64,000 nt of DNA from Patescibacteria group bacterium (GTDB lineage: Bacteria; Patescibacteriota; Microgenomatia; JAMCZE01), in NCBI GenBank assembly GCA_023380635.1, contig JAMCRP010000002.1, positions 108,093 through 172,092 on the forward strand, in the 5' to 3' direction. Below are positions 8,592 through 18,376 of this stretch, piece after piece. Position 1 is the stretch's first letter; each line of letters opens with the position of its first letter. The notes beneath the pieces were generated by a model. It was not told the origin of the DNA, did not search any database, and saw only the letters and a program-made list of their open reading frames with translations. Both the position numbers and the translations under genes were made by a program.

Positions 8592-10181
8592 TTATTCCCG
8601 AAGGCCGAGACGGCGGCGCAGTTGGTCAAGAGTTGCCGGCAAACTGAAGCCGCTGATTGTCGGGGGGGCAGGCTGAACTTGGACAGGTTGTCCGGTTAAG
8701 GTGGAACCGCTTTCGTAATCAAAGACATATTTCCACCACGCGCCGGGCAGATGTTTAAACCACCATTTTTTATATTGATAGCCGTCACAATTCCAAAGAT
8801 CGCAGTTAATGTCTTTATAATTTGGCGGGCTGGGCAAATTTGGGTATTTAAGCCAGTCATCGCAGGCTGATTTAACCACGCGCTTATTGCTCCAGTCATA
8901 ATCAGTGAGACTGTTTGGGGCATAATGGATGCTGCCGCATTCTGCCTGGCCGGGCGTATTCTTGTCTACCATGATAAACTTATCCCAGCTAATCGGTCCA
9001 TTGATTACCCAGTTGCCTTCAACGTGCTCCATGGCTGATTCGGTCCGGTGGCCAAGGTCTTCCAGAGCCTCACTTATGCCCCGCTCGTAGTTGAAACCCA
9101 TTATGGGCAGCAGCTTTTGACAGGTTGTTTTTTCCAGTGGCGGCGAGTTATACCAAAAAGCATTCGGCCCGGCCAGGGTTGACTCGTAATAGCCAAAATA
9201 TGGACCGCCCCAGAGCCAGACCTCGTCAATTTCCCCCCGGTTTCTTTTCTCGCATGATTGGTAAGTGGCAAGAATTTTCAGGTAATCAACGCCATCCGGC
9301 TGGTGGCAGGTGCCGCTGCTACCCAGACAGTTAAGATAAGCGTCTTCGGTATATTTAAAACCGTCAGCCTTTACGCCGAAATCATCAATTTCGTGTCTTT
9401 CCACTACCTGGATATTAACTTTCCCGCCGCTGACTTCTTTGAGGTCGGAAATTATCTGGGAAGTGAGAGTGTCCGGGTTATTCCAGCCTTTATAAGTAAT
9501 CAGCCGCTGGCCGTTATGGTTTTTCAAGACGGGATTAAAAATTAAAAGCTGAACCTTCTTTGTGATGGTGCTGCCGGTGCTCGGCGTGGAGGCGCTGATG
9601 TTTAATGTCCGCACCTGCCCGTCGGTGACATTGCGGCTGATGGGGTTGCCAGAAGTATCAATGCCTGCAACCACCGAAGAGGAGTCATAGGACAGAGAGG
9701 CAGAGGAACCTTTTAAAGTAAAATTAACAATAGTGCCTCCCGGAGCCACGAGGGGGTAGCAAACAAACGGTTCTTTGATGGTGCATGGGGCGCCTAAGTC
9801 AATGGTAACCGTTCCGGGAGTACCGGTATCGATAATATTTAGCATTTTCATTTTACCAGGGTCAAAATTTTTGGTTACCAGGTCGCCGGGTGAGACGTTG
9901 TTAATGATTAGTTTGGCGGGGTCATATTTTAAAACTAGGTGCACGGCGGAAACTTTGATCGGATTGCTGCCAAGAGCGGGGATGATATCCAAAGTGGCGT
10001 GATTTTCCGCAGTAGTTATCGCCGTCTGGCCGCTTTTATTAAAAACCAGGGAAACCTTGTCATCAGCGGCTTTACTGCCGGTATTGATCTGCTGGCGCAC
10101 GACTAAAGTAGCCGCAATTAAACCGCCGACCAAAAGCAGGAGCATGAAGATTGCTGCAATAGTGCCTTTTCTATTTTCCAT
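8592..10181 (-). CDS. Membrane-anchored protein with cohesin-like domain plus an uncharacterised Trp/Cys-rich catalytic-like domain
   Basis: N-terminal TM; SAVHLVLKYDPAKL cohesin-like strand; DEVWLWGGPYFG, GFNYERG, EDLGHRTE. Confidence 0.7.
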   Translation of the reverse strand: MENRKGTIAAIFMLLLLVGGLIAATLVVRQQINTGSKAADDKVSLVFNKSGQTAITTAENHATLDIIPALGSNPIKVSAVHLVLKYDPAKLIINNVSPGDLVTKNFDPGKMKMLNIIDTGTPGTVTIDLGAPCTIKEPFVCYPLVAPGGTIVNFTLKGSSASLSYDSSSVVAGIDTSGNPISRNVTDGQVRTLNISASTPSTGSTITKKVQLLIFNPVLKNHNGQRLITYKGWNNPDTLTSQIISDLKEVSGGKVNIQVVERHEIDDFGVKADGFKYTEDAYLNCLGSSGTCHQPDGVDYLKILATYQSCEKRNRGEIDEVWLWGGPYFGYYESTLAGPNAFWYNSPPLEKTTCQKLLPIMGFNYERGISEALEDLGHRTESAMEHVEGNWVINGPISWDKFIMVDKNTPGQAECGSIHYAPNSLTDYDWSNKRVVKSACDDWLKYPNLPSPPNYKDINCDLWNCDGYQYKKWWFKHLPGAWWKYVFDYESGSTLTGQPVQVQPAPPTISGFSLPATLDQLRRRLGLRE

Positions 10182-11289
10182 AGTTGGCGACCATGTTGTT
10201 GTAATCATAAATCCGCGAAGAAGTGTAACTGCTCATCAGGAAATCAAAATCCCTGATGTCCACCTTGCCGTCATTGTTAAAATCTCCGGGTCTGGTAGAC
10301 ACACTTACCTGGATCCGGCTTTTACTGCCGCAGTTTTGGTAGATAGTCCCGTCTAATGAGGTGTAGGGATAGCCGACAAAAGGATTACCTGTGCAACCGG
10401 TGTTGGCATTGGTTCGGGCATCGCAAATTACCCAGTAAGCGCCGGCTTTGGGGAAAGTGATGCTTTGGTTGGCACAACCACCGCTCTTGTTGTAATTACA
10501 CATTGTTGTCCAGGAGGCTGACGAGGTTGGACCCCAATAGAGCTGGCCATTGGCCGCGTTCGAATAGGTAAAACCATAGCCGGAAGTTGCCCGGCCGACT
10601 ACGGCGGTAGCTGGTCCGGAAACCGAACAGGAAGCGACACCGCCGGAATTGGCCATAAAATGCCACCAGAGGTCAGCGTAACCATTAGCCGGAACATTGA
10701 CAGTCACGGAATTTCCCGGCCCGACCAAACTGGTGTGACAACCGATTTGGTTATAGCACAAACTGTAGCCGGAGATGGTGTAACCGGCGGGAGCGGAAGG
10801 CACCGCCACAGTATGCGATCCGGCGGAAATATTGGGAAAACTGTAGGAACTTTTACTGGAATTGCCCAATTGGCTTTCGGTCGTCCTACCATCGAGAGTA
10901 ATAATTTTAGGGTTAAAAGCGGGGTTAGAGCAGTCCTGGGCAAACCCCAAGACTTTGCAGCCCTGGATGGTGCCGGTGCCGGCGGGTTTTGGGGGGGGAG
11001 CGATCCCGGTTCCGCTGCTGCAGGAAATTCTTTGGTTGCAGCCGTCAAGGCAGGTGCCGTTGGAGCAACTGTTGTCGCCGTACTGGTTATGCCGGCAAAC
11101 TCCGGGTTTGTTCCAAAGACAGCGGGAGTTATTGCAGTCATTTTCATTATTGTTCTGGGCGCAATTTCCCGGAGCATTTAGCCAGTCCGTACAACTGCCC
11201 AGGCAGGCTCCATAGACTGGCGGGATTGGCTTAAGAATGAAAAGAATTACGAGCAGCGGGCCAATGACGGCGACAAGAACTTTTTTCAT
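10171..11289 (-). CDS. Secreted Cys-rich protein with C-terminal dockerin-like EF-hand
   Basis: Signal peptide, many Cys, C-terminal PGDFNNDGKVDIRDF. Confidence 0.75.
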   Translation of the reverse strand: MKKVLVAVIGPLLVILFILKPIPPVYGACLGSCTDWLNAPGNCAQNNNENDCNNSRCLWNKPGVCRHNQYGDNSCSNGTCLDGCNQRISCSSGTGIAPPPKPAGTGTIQGCKVLGFAQDCSNPAFNPKIITLDGRTTESQLGNSSKSSYSFPNISAGSHTVAVPSAPAGYTISGYSLCYNQIGCHTSLVGPGNSVTVNVPANGYADLWWHFMANSGGVASCSVSGPATAVVGRATSGYGFTYSNAANGQLYWGPTSSASWTTMCNYNKSGGCANQSITFPKAGAYWVICDARTNANTGCTGNPFVGYPYTSLDGTIYQNCGSKSRIQVSVSTRPGDFNNDGKVDIRDFDFLMSSYTSSRIYDYNNMVANYGK

Positions 11290-11330
11290 TCTCTACAAGT
11301 CAACATCCTTTTATCACAAGTTGTCAAGAC

Positions 11331-11930
11331 TTACGGCACTCCCGGCCAGCCGAAGAGCAGAACGGCGGTGGCCATAATTCCGTTCGAAATAATTAATCCG
11401 GCAATAAGTTCTTCTTTTGTATGTTGTTTGAGAACTAATCTTGCCCAGACTAATGGAATAAGAAGTAAGAAGAGCCATAAATACTTGCTGTGTGTCATAA
11501 AGTTAACTCCCCAGAAAGCTCCGGAGGCAACCATCATGTGGGCACTGATCTTAAACCTGAGAACGGCGTAGCAAAAAATTCCGGCAATTATTCCTACGGT
11601 CATTAAGAGCGAAAGGTGAAAAACAGTCGAATTAGTCAGAAGCCAAGTGAGAACCAGAACAATTACCCAAAAGGGTATGTAGATGGGGATCAAAATTAGA
11701 CGGTCTTTAAGCCGGGTCCATTCAATGGTTATTCCTCTTTTCCTAAGAAGGATATAGGTTGACAGAAGGGTGGGGATTGCCAAGCCAATAACAAATATTA
11801 GGGTATAAACCCAAAGGGCTTTCCAGAAACCAATGCCGCTTTTGACCGCTACCGCCAGCCAGAGGAGGCAAAGAAGGGGCAAAGGGCCCAGTAAGCGGGA
11901 AATTATAAAGGCCAGGTCCTTTTTGGCCAT
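11331..11930 (-). CDS. PAP2-like integral membrane protein
   Basis: Multiple TMs; KISAH and WARLVLKQHT..E..AG resemble PAP2 motifs C2/C3. Confidence 0.6.
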   Translation of the reverse strand: MAKKDLAFIISRLLGPLPLLCLLWLAVAVKSGIGFWKALWVYTLIFVIGLAIPTLLSTYILLRKRGITIEWTRLKDRLILIPIYIPFWVIVLVLTWLLTNSTVFHLSLLMTVGIIAGIFCYAVLRFKISAHMMVASGAFWGVNFMTHSKYLWLFLLLIPLVWARLVLKQHTKEELIAGLIISNGIMATAVLLFGWPGVP

Positions 11931-11933
11931 AAC

Positions 11934-12818
11934 CTATTTATATATAAAACCGGCGAAGTAGTAAACAGTAAAAATAATGACCATAATAATCGCGCCTAAA
12001 TCCGAGGCAAAGACACCAAAGTGCTCGCCGGTGCGCAGGAGTTCGTGGAGCCGGGCGCGGTTATGATAAATCGTTAAGCCGAACTGGGCGGCGGTGAAAA
12101 GGAAAAAGATAAGCGTGACAATGTACATGTACCACCAGTGGAGCGTGATAAACATGGTGACAAAGCCAAGGATAGCGGATAAGAAAGCCAGAATTTCAAT
12201 CAGAATAAGGTTATTTCTTTCGCCGAGAATAACCGCCGTGGTGTGAATTCCAGCTTGCCTGTCAGCGTCAATGTCGGCTCCTTCGTTAACCAGTTGAATG
12301 GCCGGAAAGCCCAGAGAGAAAAAAGCCATGACCAGCCACTCATGCCAGGTGAAAGGAATTCCGGCCAGTTGGTAGTAAGCCACATACGGCAGCAGGGCAC
12401 AGCCGACGGTAACGGCGGCCAACTCCAAGAACGGCCATTGCTTTAGCCGGATGATCGGCGCGGAATAAGCGAAAAGAATTAAAAAGCCAACCAGAGCAAT
12501 CCAGATTAATCCTTGCCCTGCTAATATCGCGATTCCTAAAATGGCTGTAATCAGAAAAGACACAAGGGTAAACTGGCGGGAAACCCCGTGTTTGATAATG
12601 CCCTTTGACCGTTCGGGGTTATGCAAATCCGTATCGAACGAATCCACCAGTTCGTTAATTAAAAAGGCGCTGAAATAAATCCCGATAAACCCGGCAGCCA
12701 AAAGAATTAACCTGGACAAGGGAATAAAGACTCCCGTATCTAAGGCGGCAATAAACAAAGTGCTCGCCCCGGGCAAGACTTCGCGAATCCGAAAGACTTG
12801 TAACCAATTCTTATTCAT
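11934..12818 (-). CDS. UbiA-family prenyltransferase
   Basis: NELVDSFDTDLHNPER, YSAPIIRLK, NEGADIDADRQAGIHT Asp-rich motifs. Confidence 0.88.
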   Translation of the reverse strand: MNKNWLQVFRIREVLPGASTLFIAALDTGVFIPLSRLILLAAGFIGIYFSAFLINELVDSFDTDLHNPERSKGIIKHGVSRQFTLVSFLITAILGIAILAGQGLIWIALVGFLILFAYSAPIIRLKQWPFLELAAVTVGCALLPYVAYYQLAGIPFTWHEWLVMAFFSLGFPAIQLVNEGADIDADRQAGIHTTAVILGERNNLILIEILAFLSAILGFVTMFITLHWWYMYIVTLIFFLFTAAQFGLTIYHNRARLHELLRTGEHFGVFASDLGAIIMVIIFTVYYFAGFIYK

Positions 12819-12856
12819 TAAGTTACGTGATTAATAACGTTATTAATAACGTTGTT

Positions 12857-13843
12857 TCAAATATTATTCAATAAATAGCGGCAGGAATTTTCCAGATGGG
12901 CTTGGGCATTCTTAACTGCCTGTTGTTTAAATACCGGGAAGCGCAAAATAGAACTGGCGCCGTAGATCTGGCCGATTAATTCTTCTTTCTTTCCTTCGGT
13001 CATGTTAATTTCGGCGGTAATCAAGCCGGAATATTTTTGGTCGTAAAGCCAGCGGACAATTTCGGTATCTTCGGGGCTATTGATCTCGGTAGCCAGATCG
13101 AAACCGGGAAGACTGTTAGCCATGTGGAGGTGGCCCAGGCGGGGGTAAACTTTCTTAAGTGTCGAAAGTAACGGCATTTTCAAACTGATTAAAGAACAGG
13201 TGTCCAGGCAAAGGGCGAATTTTTTTTGGGGACGCTCCTTGTCTAACACCGCCAGCATTTTAAGTGGGTTAGTAGTCCAGTCAATACTGCCGTCAATTTT
13301 TTTAAAGTACTTCCAGGGATGAGTTTCCCAGTCATAAGCGTAGGCTGCCTCGTGCTCCATGGTTACTGTCACGCCAAACTTCTTTTCGGCTTCGGCCAAA
13401 TAGGCTAAACTGCCACCCAAATCATGGTGGTCAAGGTGATAAGTATGAAAAACTGTGATTTTTGCACCCAGGTTTTTGGCAAAAGCGCAGGTTTTGTCGA
13501 CGGTTTCCCGGAAATTTTCGTTTTTAATCCAGTTCTTGCCATAAAGGATAATTGTCGCCAGGTTAATAAGGGCCATATTATTCTTAAACGAAGCGTGGCC
13601 GAAAAAAGGAAAAGGCGCGTGGACGGCGAGAATTTTATTGCCGATAGCGGAAGTTTTTATCTTTTGAACATCCTGGTCCATGAGGAGATCATATTCAATC
13701 CCGGCGACGCCGGTTTTTTGCACTGACTGGGCATTGGTTTTTAAATCGGCATAAGTGACCGCCGGTGGCAAAATACCGGCGGGGAGAATCAGTCTTTGGG
13801 CCAGCCATTTTTGTTTGGGAGTCATGGGTTTTCCGAGAGCCAT
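12857..13843 (-). CDS. Sugar-phosphate isomerase/epimerase-like TIM barrel (AP endonuclease 2 fold)
   Basis: VHAPF, VFH, MEH, CLDT, HLH, YSGLITAEI metal-ligand pattern. Confidence 0.7.
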   Translation of the reverse strand: MALGKPMTPKQKWLAQRLILPAGILPPAVTYADLKTNAQSVQKTGVAGIEYDLLMDQDVQKIKTSAIGNKILAVHAPFPFFGHASFKNNMALINLATIILYGKNWIKNENFRETVDKTCAFAKNLGAKITVFHTYHLDHHDLGGSLAYLAEAEKKFGVTVTMEHEAAYAYDWETHPWKYFKKIDGSIDWTTNPLKMLAVLDKERPQKKFALCLDTCSLISLKMPLLSTLKKVYPRLGHLHMANSLPGFDLATEINSPEDTEIVRWLYDQKYSGLITAEINMTEGKKEELIGQIYGASSILRFPVFKQQAVKNAQAHLENSCRYLLNNI

Positions 13844-15936
13844 TTTATGGCCTCCTGATCGGCGCCGATATGATTAATAATATATTCCATCTCGGCTTTG
13901 GCGTGGGTTTTATCACCGGCTTGGGCGTAGAGCAGTCCCAAAGTGTAATACGCGTCGCGGTAGTCCGGTTTCAGACTGATCGTATTTTCCAAAACTTTAA
14001 TCCCGGCGGAAAGGTTGCCGGTGCGCCCCAAAAGCATTCCGTAATTGTACCAGACTTTGGCATCGGTGGGGGCTAACTCTGTGGCTGTTTTAAGAGAGTC
14101 GAGCGCCGGCTGGAAATATTTTTGGTCAATTGTCGAAAGAGCGTAGAACATCTTTGTCCGGTCTTTCCAAAACGGCAGGGAATCGGGAGAAGTAGCGATT
14201 GTCTGGTCGGAATTGGTAATGGCTTCGTTAATTAAATCATTGACTGAAGCGCCAAGCTGAGGACTTTGAAGTGAAAACTTTTCCTGTGCGGAAAGCGAGG
14301 CGATAGCGGAATTAGTGGCGGAATTAATTTGGGTAAACAAAGCCGAGGCCAAAACCGCCTGGTTGTAAGCCAGTTCGTCACGGAAAGTGGGTTCGTCAGG
14401 GTTGGCGGTCACCGCTGCCTGCAGCTGGGGGTATGCCTGAACATAATCGTTAACCTGGTCAAGGTTTTTGCCCAGGGCATAGGCTTTGTCGGCGGTCCAC
14501 ATATTCCAAAGAGACAGCTCTAACAGGAGGCCCACAAAACTGATCGTTCCGACGGCTAGCCAGGAACCGACTCCCGGCGACGGTTGTTTCATGGCTATAT
14601 TGTTAAATTGTTCTTCTTGAAGTATCAGCGCGAAAGCCGGGATTAGGAAAAAGTACAATCCGATGACCACGACAGAGAAACCAAAGAAATTAGTTACTAA
14701 AATTGTGACCCAAGCAGCGGCCAGTGCGGCGATAATCATGACATTGTTGGATTGCTTCATTGTTTTAAATATCCAAACCGCAAAACTCCCGATGATAAGC
14801 AAATAGGCAAGCATCCCCACGCTGCCGGTCGTGGCTAGCAGATTAAGATACTCATTGTGGGCTTTGTTATAAAGAAAGTCCCATTCGGAGTCCAGGTTTT
14901 TGGACACGGGCCGGTCTTTATAAAAAGAATAAGCGAAAGTTTCCACGCCGGAACCAAAAACCGGATACCTTTCCCAGACTTTGACGGCGCCTTCCCAGAC
15001 GGGTTTTCGGATGGCCTCGGAATCAGTCACTCCCGGGCCGGGGGCGGGGAGACGCTGATACCACTGCCAGCCGACGACGGTCAGGATAACCAATCCCGTT
15101 ATTGCCAAGCCAATTTTTATTTTTGGGCTGAGCCGGAGTAACAAAAATACCAAGGCACCCAGGCCGGCGGCCACGCCAAGGTAACCGGAACGGGACTTGG
15201 TGAAAAGCAAAGCTGCAAAATAAAGTAAAGCCAATAAAATAAATAAAATAATTTTCCGGTAATCGGTTTTCAGTTGTCGGTTGTCAGTTTTAAACAGAGA
15301 ACTGAGAACTGGTAAACGGGTAGCTGAAAACAGAAAACCGAGAACTGATAACAGGAGAACATCCAGATACGCTGCCATCCAGTTGGGCTGGCCCAAAGTA
15401 GCAAAGACCCGGCCCTGGACATCCTGAACCCAGCAGTCATCACTAAACTTTCCGGTAATCAGTAAACACGACGGCGAATGGCCGAAGTGCTCCATCGCGC
15501 CCCAAAGCGAAACGATGACGGCCGAGGCGAAGGAAATTAAGAGGATTTTTTTAATATGATCTTTAGTCAGATTGGAAACGGCGGCGAAATAAAGCAAAAT
15601 ATACGAAGCGCTGGCTAAGAGGCCCTCATGGAAGCGGGAATAATAGCCCCAAACTGAAATATGCGGGTCAATGCTAAAAATTGTTGAGAGAACATGAGCG
15701 CCCAAATATAGAATTAGAGGAATCTCCAAAAAACTGCGCCGGTAGACGAACTTTTTGGCGGCGATCATCTTGATCAGCCACGCTCCGGCCACGACTACCG
15801 TTAAAGCGTAAACCAACATCATTTTGTTATATTCGAAAAGCTCCGAGGTCTGGGAAGAAAACACCAGTGGTACCAGGAAAAACAGCAGGTAAAATGAGGC
15901 GGAAATAATTAAATCGGAAAGACCGATCAGATTCAC
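13822..15936 (-). CDS. O-antigen ligase (Wzy_C)-family polymerase/oligosaccharyltransferase with C-terminal TPRs
   Basis: RVFATLGQPN, FTKSRSG, PVFGSG, KAHNEYL; TPR-like C-terminus. Confidence 0.9.
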   Translation of the reverse strand: MNLIGLSDLIISASFYLLFFLVPLVFSSQTSELFEYNKMMLVYALTVVVAGAWLIKMIAAKKFVYRRSFLEIPLILYLGAHVLSTIFSIDPHISVWGYYSRFHEGLLASASYILLYFAAVSNLTKDHIKKILLISFASAVIVSLWGAMEHFGHSPSCLLITGKFSDDCWVQDVQGRVFATLGQPNWMAAYLDVLLLSVLGFLFSATRLPVLSSLFKTDNRQLKTDYRKIILFILLALLYFAALLFTKSRSGYLGVAAGLGALVFLLLRLSPKIKIGLAITGLVILTVVGWQWYQRLPAPGPGVTDSEAIRKPVWEGAVKVWERYPVFGSGVETFAYSFYKDRPVSKNLDSEWDFLYNKAHNEYLNLLATTGSVGMLAYLLIIGSFAVWIFKTMKQSNNVMIIAALAAAWVTILVTNFFGFSVVVIGLYFFLIPAFALILQEEQFNNIAMKQPSPGVGSWLAVGTISFVGLLLELSLWNMWTADKAYALGKNLDQVNDYVQAYPQLQAAVTANPDEPTFRDELAYNQAVLASALFTQINSATNSAIASLSAQEKFSLQSPQLGASVNDLINEAITNSDQTIATSPDSLPFWKDRTKMFYALSTIDQKYFQPALDSLKTATELAPTDAKVWYNYGMLLGRTGNLSAGIKVLENTISLKPDYRDAYYTLGLLYAQAGDKTHAKAEMEYIINHIGADQEAIKWLSENP

Positions 15937-15944
15937 AAAAATGA

Positions 15945-16163
15945 TTATACCGGGTTACCGGAGGCGCGTCCAGATTTTTCTGCTGGTTTAGCCGCCTGGT
16001 GCCGCTTATAAATTGGGCACTCCTTAAAATTATTGAGGCAGTGGCACTTTCGGCTAGGGCGGTTTGGGTCGATGCTTTTCTTATTCTCGGAATAGTCACA
16101 ATAGGTGGCAGGGATAATATCGTATTGGCCGGGATATTTTAGACCTTCACATATTCCATTCAT
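15945..16163 (-). CDS. Small Cys-rich hypothetical protein
   Basis: MNGICEG..YC..KCHC..ECPIY; TACAAT 8 nt upstream; divergent from mreB. Confidence 0.6.
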   Translation of the reverse strand: MNGICEGLKYPGQYDIIPATYCDYSENKKSIDPNRPSRKCHCLNNFKECPIYKRHQAAKPAEKSGRASGNPV

Positions 16164-16187
16164 GGCAGGATATTGTATCATAGAGCT

Positions 16188-17240
16188 ATGCTCGATTACC
16201 TTTTCGGGTTGGTTTCCTATGACATGGGGATCGATTTGGGAACGGCCAATACCTTAGTCTTAGTCAAAGATAAGGGGATTGTGATTCGCGAGCCGTCGGT
16301 TGTCGCCATTCACAAAAAAACTAAGAATGTCATCGCTTTGGGAACGGAAGCTAAAAAGATGCTGGGACGGGCGCCGGAGACGATTAATGTTATCAGGCCG
16401 CTTTCTGACGGGGTGATTGCCGACTTTGATGCCACCGCGGCAATGTTGGCCAACTATATTAAACTGGTTCACCAGACGCCCGGGGTGATTCCCAAAATTC
16501 CCAAACCAAAAGTAGTCATTGGCATTCCCTCAGGAGTTACCGAAGTCGAAAGACGCGCTGTCCAGGAAGCAGCTCTCGCGGCAGGCGCCCGTAAGGCCTA
16601 CCTGATTGAAGAGCCGATGGCAGCGGCCATTGGGATTAATTTGCCGATTGATGATTCCAGCGGGTCTATTATTGTGGATATCGGCGGCGGGACGACAGAA
16701 ATGGCCGTCACGGCTCTCGGCGGAATCGTGGTAAACAAATCTATCAGGGTAGCCGGGGACGAGATGGACGAAGCGATCATTAACTTTTTAAGACTGAAAT
16801 ACGGTGTCCTGGTGGGTCAGCCGACGGCGGAAGCTCTGAAAATCTCGATCGGATCGGCAGCGCCTTCTAAAAACGAAGAAGAAAAGTACTCAGTTGTCCG
16901 CGGCCGGGATTTGGAATCAGGCCTACCTAAGTCATTAAAAATTTCAACTTCGGAAATTCGGGAAGCGTTAAGTCCTGTTATTAACCAGATTGTGGCCGGT
17001 ATAGGATCATTGCTGGAAGAAACTCCGCCGGAACTAGCTTCGGATATTGTTAACCGTGGGATTGCTCTGGCTGGCGGCGGGTCCCAGTTGCGAAATATTG
17101 ATATCGCTATTTCCGAGGCGACCAAAGTGCCGGTTTGGGTCGCTGATGACGCGTTAACCGCCGTGGTTCGCGGCTGCGGCAAAGTTTTAGTTGATGAAAA
17201 ACTTTTGACCAGAGTTAGGGTAACCGGCGGATTAAAGTAG
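16188..17240 (+). CDS. mreB: Rod shape-determining protein MreB
   Basis: IDLGTANT, EEPMAAAIG, VDIGGGTTE, GGGSQL. Confidence 0.97.
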   Translation: MLDYLFGLVSYDMGIDLGTANTLVLVKDKGIVIREPSVVAIHKKTKNVIALGTEAKKMLGRAPETINVIRPLSDGVIADFDATAAMLANYIKLVHQTPGVIPKIPKPKVVIGIPSGVTEVERRAVQEAALAAGARKAYLIEEPMAAAIGINLPIDDSSGSIIVDIGGGTTEMAVTALGGIVVNKSIRVAGDEMDEAIINFLRLKYGVLVGQPTAEALKISIGSAAPSKNEEEKYSVVRGRDLESGLPKSLKISTSEIREALSPVINQIVAGIGSLLEETPPELASDIVNRGIALAGGGSQLRNIDIAISEATKVPVWVADDALTAVVRGCGKVLVDEKLLTRVRVTGGLK

Positions 17241-17278
17241 GTTGCAATCAAATGGCTTAATTCGTATACTTTTCCTAC

Positions 17279-18049
17279 ATGACGGACCTGCGGCTGAGGA
17301 CATTTTTAGCTCTTTTTGGCGCCACAATTCTCATTTATTTCCTCGACGGAATGGCCTTTCTTAATCCGCTAAAATCTATTGTTCAAACAGTGACTATGCC
17401 CATTCAGTATTCTGTTTACACTTCATCGCAATCGGCGCAGGACATCTTTTCTTTTTTAACTTTCTGGCGTTCCGGCGAAGCGAGAATTAAAAATCTTGAA
17501 CAGCGCAACGCGGAACTCTTGGCCGCCAAAAACGAGGCCGACGCTTTAAGAAAAGAAAATAACGAACTGCGGGCGCAACTGGGAGTAAAACCGTTGGCGG
17601 AGCATCAACTCCTGCCGGCCATTGTGCTGGGAAACGGGCGCTACCTGGAAGTTGGAGTCGGGATTAATGACGGGGTTACTCCCGGACAAACGGTCATCTA
17701 CTTGAATAACCTGGTCGGCAGTATCGTTAAGGTGACGCCCAAAACTAGCTTCGTTCAGCTGCCAACTGACCCTCAGGCGAAGATTCCCGCCAAGATAAAC
17801 CAAGCTAGAGGTTTAATTATAGGACAATTTAATTCCTCAATGATGTTAGATCGGGTAGCCCAAACTGAAGATATTGCGCAGAATGATTTGGTTTTAACTT
17901 CCGGTGAAGGCGGCACCTTTCCGCCGGATCTGGTGGTGGGAAAATTGGGAAAAATCGAAAGTGCCGAGACCGACCTGTTCCAAAAAGGTGAAGTGGTGCC
18001 GGCGGTTGATTATCAAAATCTGACGACAGTGTTTGTGATAATGGATTAG
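17279..18049 (+). CDS. mreC: Rod shape-determining protein MreC
   Basis: TM, coiled coil ENNELRAQLG, VLTSGEGGTFPPDLVVG; synteny. Confidence 0.93.
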   Translation: MTDLRLRTFLALFGATILIYFLDGMAFLNPLKSIVQTVTMPIQYSVYTSSQSAQDIFSFLTFWRSGEARIKNLEQRNAELLAAKNEADALRKENNELRAQLGVKPLAEHQLLPAIVLGNGRYLEVGVGINDGVTPGQTVIYLNNLVGSIVKVTPKTSFVQLPTDPQAKIPAKINQARGLIIGQFNSSMMLDRVAQTEDIAQNDLVLTSGEGGTFPPDLVVGKLGKIESAETDLFQKGEVVPAVDYQNLTTVFVIMD

Positions 18050-18055
18050 GCCTTT

Positions 18056-18376
18056 ATGATTTACGCTTTTTTGGCTATCGTTTCAGTTTTTCTCCAGGCC
18101 ATTACCCCGGTTTTGAATTTGCCGGTCCTGGTTGTCATCTGGGCAGCAGGCACAAAAGTGAATGCCGGAAAAGCCTACCTGTTAGCTTTTGGCACGGGGC
18201 TTTTGGGCGATCTGCTCCTGGGTAATCAGCTGGGGGTGTTGGCCGGGGCCTATCTTCTGTTTGTCCTGGCAGTTTACCTGTTCAAATCCCGGTTTCCGTT
18301 TAACGGCTGGTCACTTTTAATCTTTCTAATCGTTTCCCAGGTGATTTTCTTTTATGCTCGGGCATTTATTGGGTGA
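18056..18376 (+). CDS. mreD: Rod shape-determining protein MreD (short)
   Basis: Hydrophobic, AFGTGLLGDLLLG; between mreC and PBP2. Confidence 0.75.
   Translation: MIYAFLAIVSVFLQAITPVLNLPVLVVIWAAGTKVNAGKAYLLAFGTGLLGDLLLGNQLGVLAGAYLLFVLAVYLFKSRFPFNGWSLLIFLIVSQVIFFYARAFIG

Noticed and set aside
10660-11234. Several long overlapping alternative-frame ORFs
   Set aside because: Shadows of the Cys/Gly-rich dockerin gene, with no recognisable motifs.
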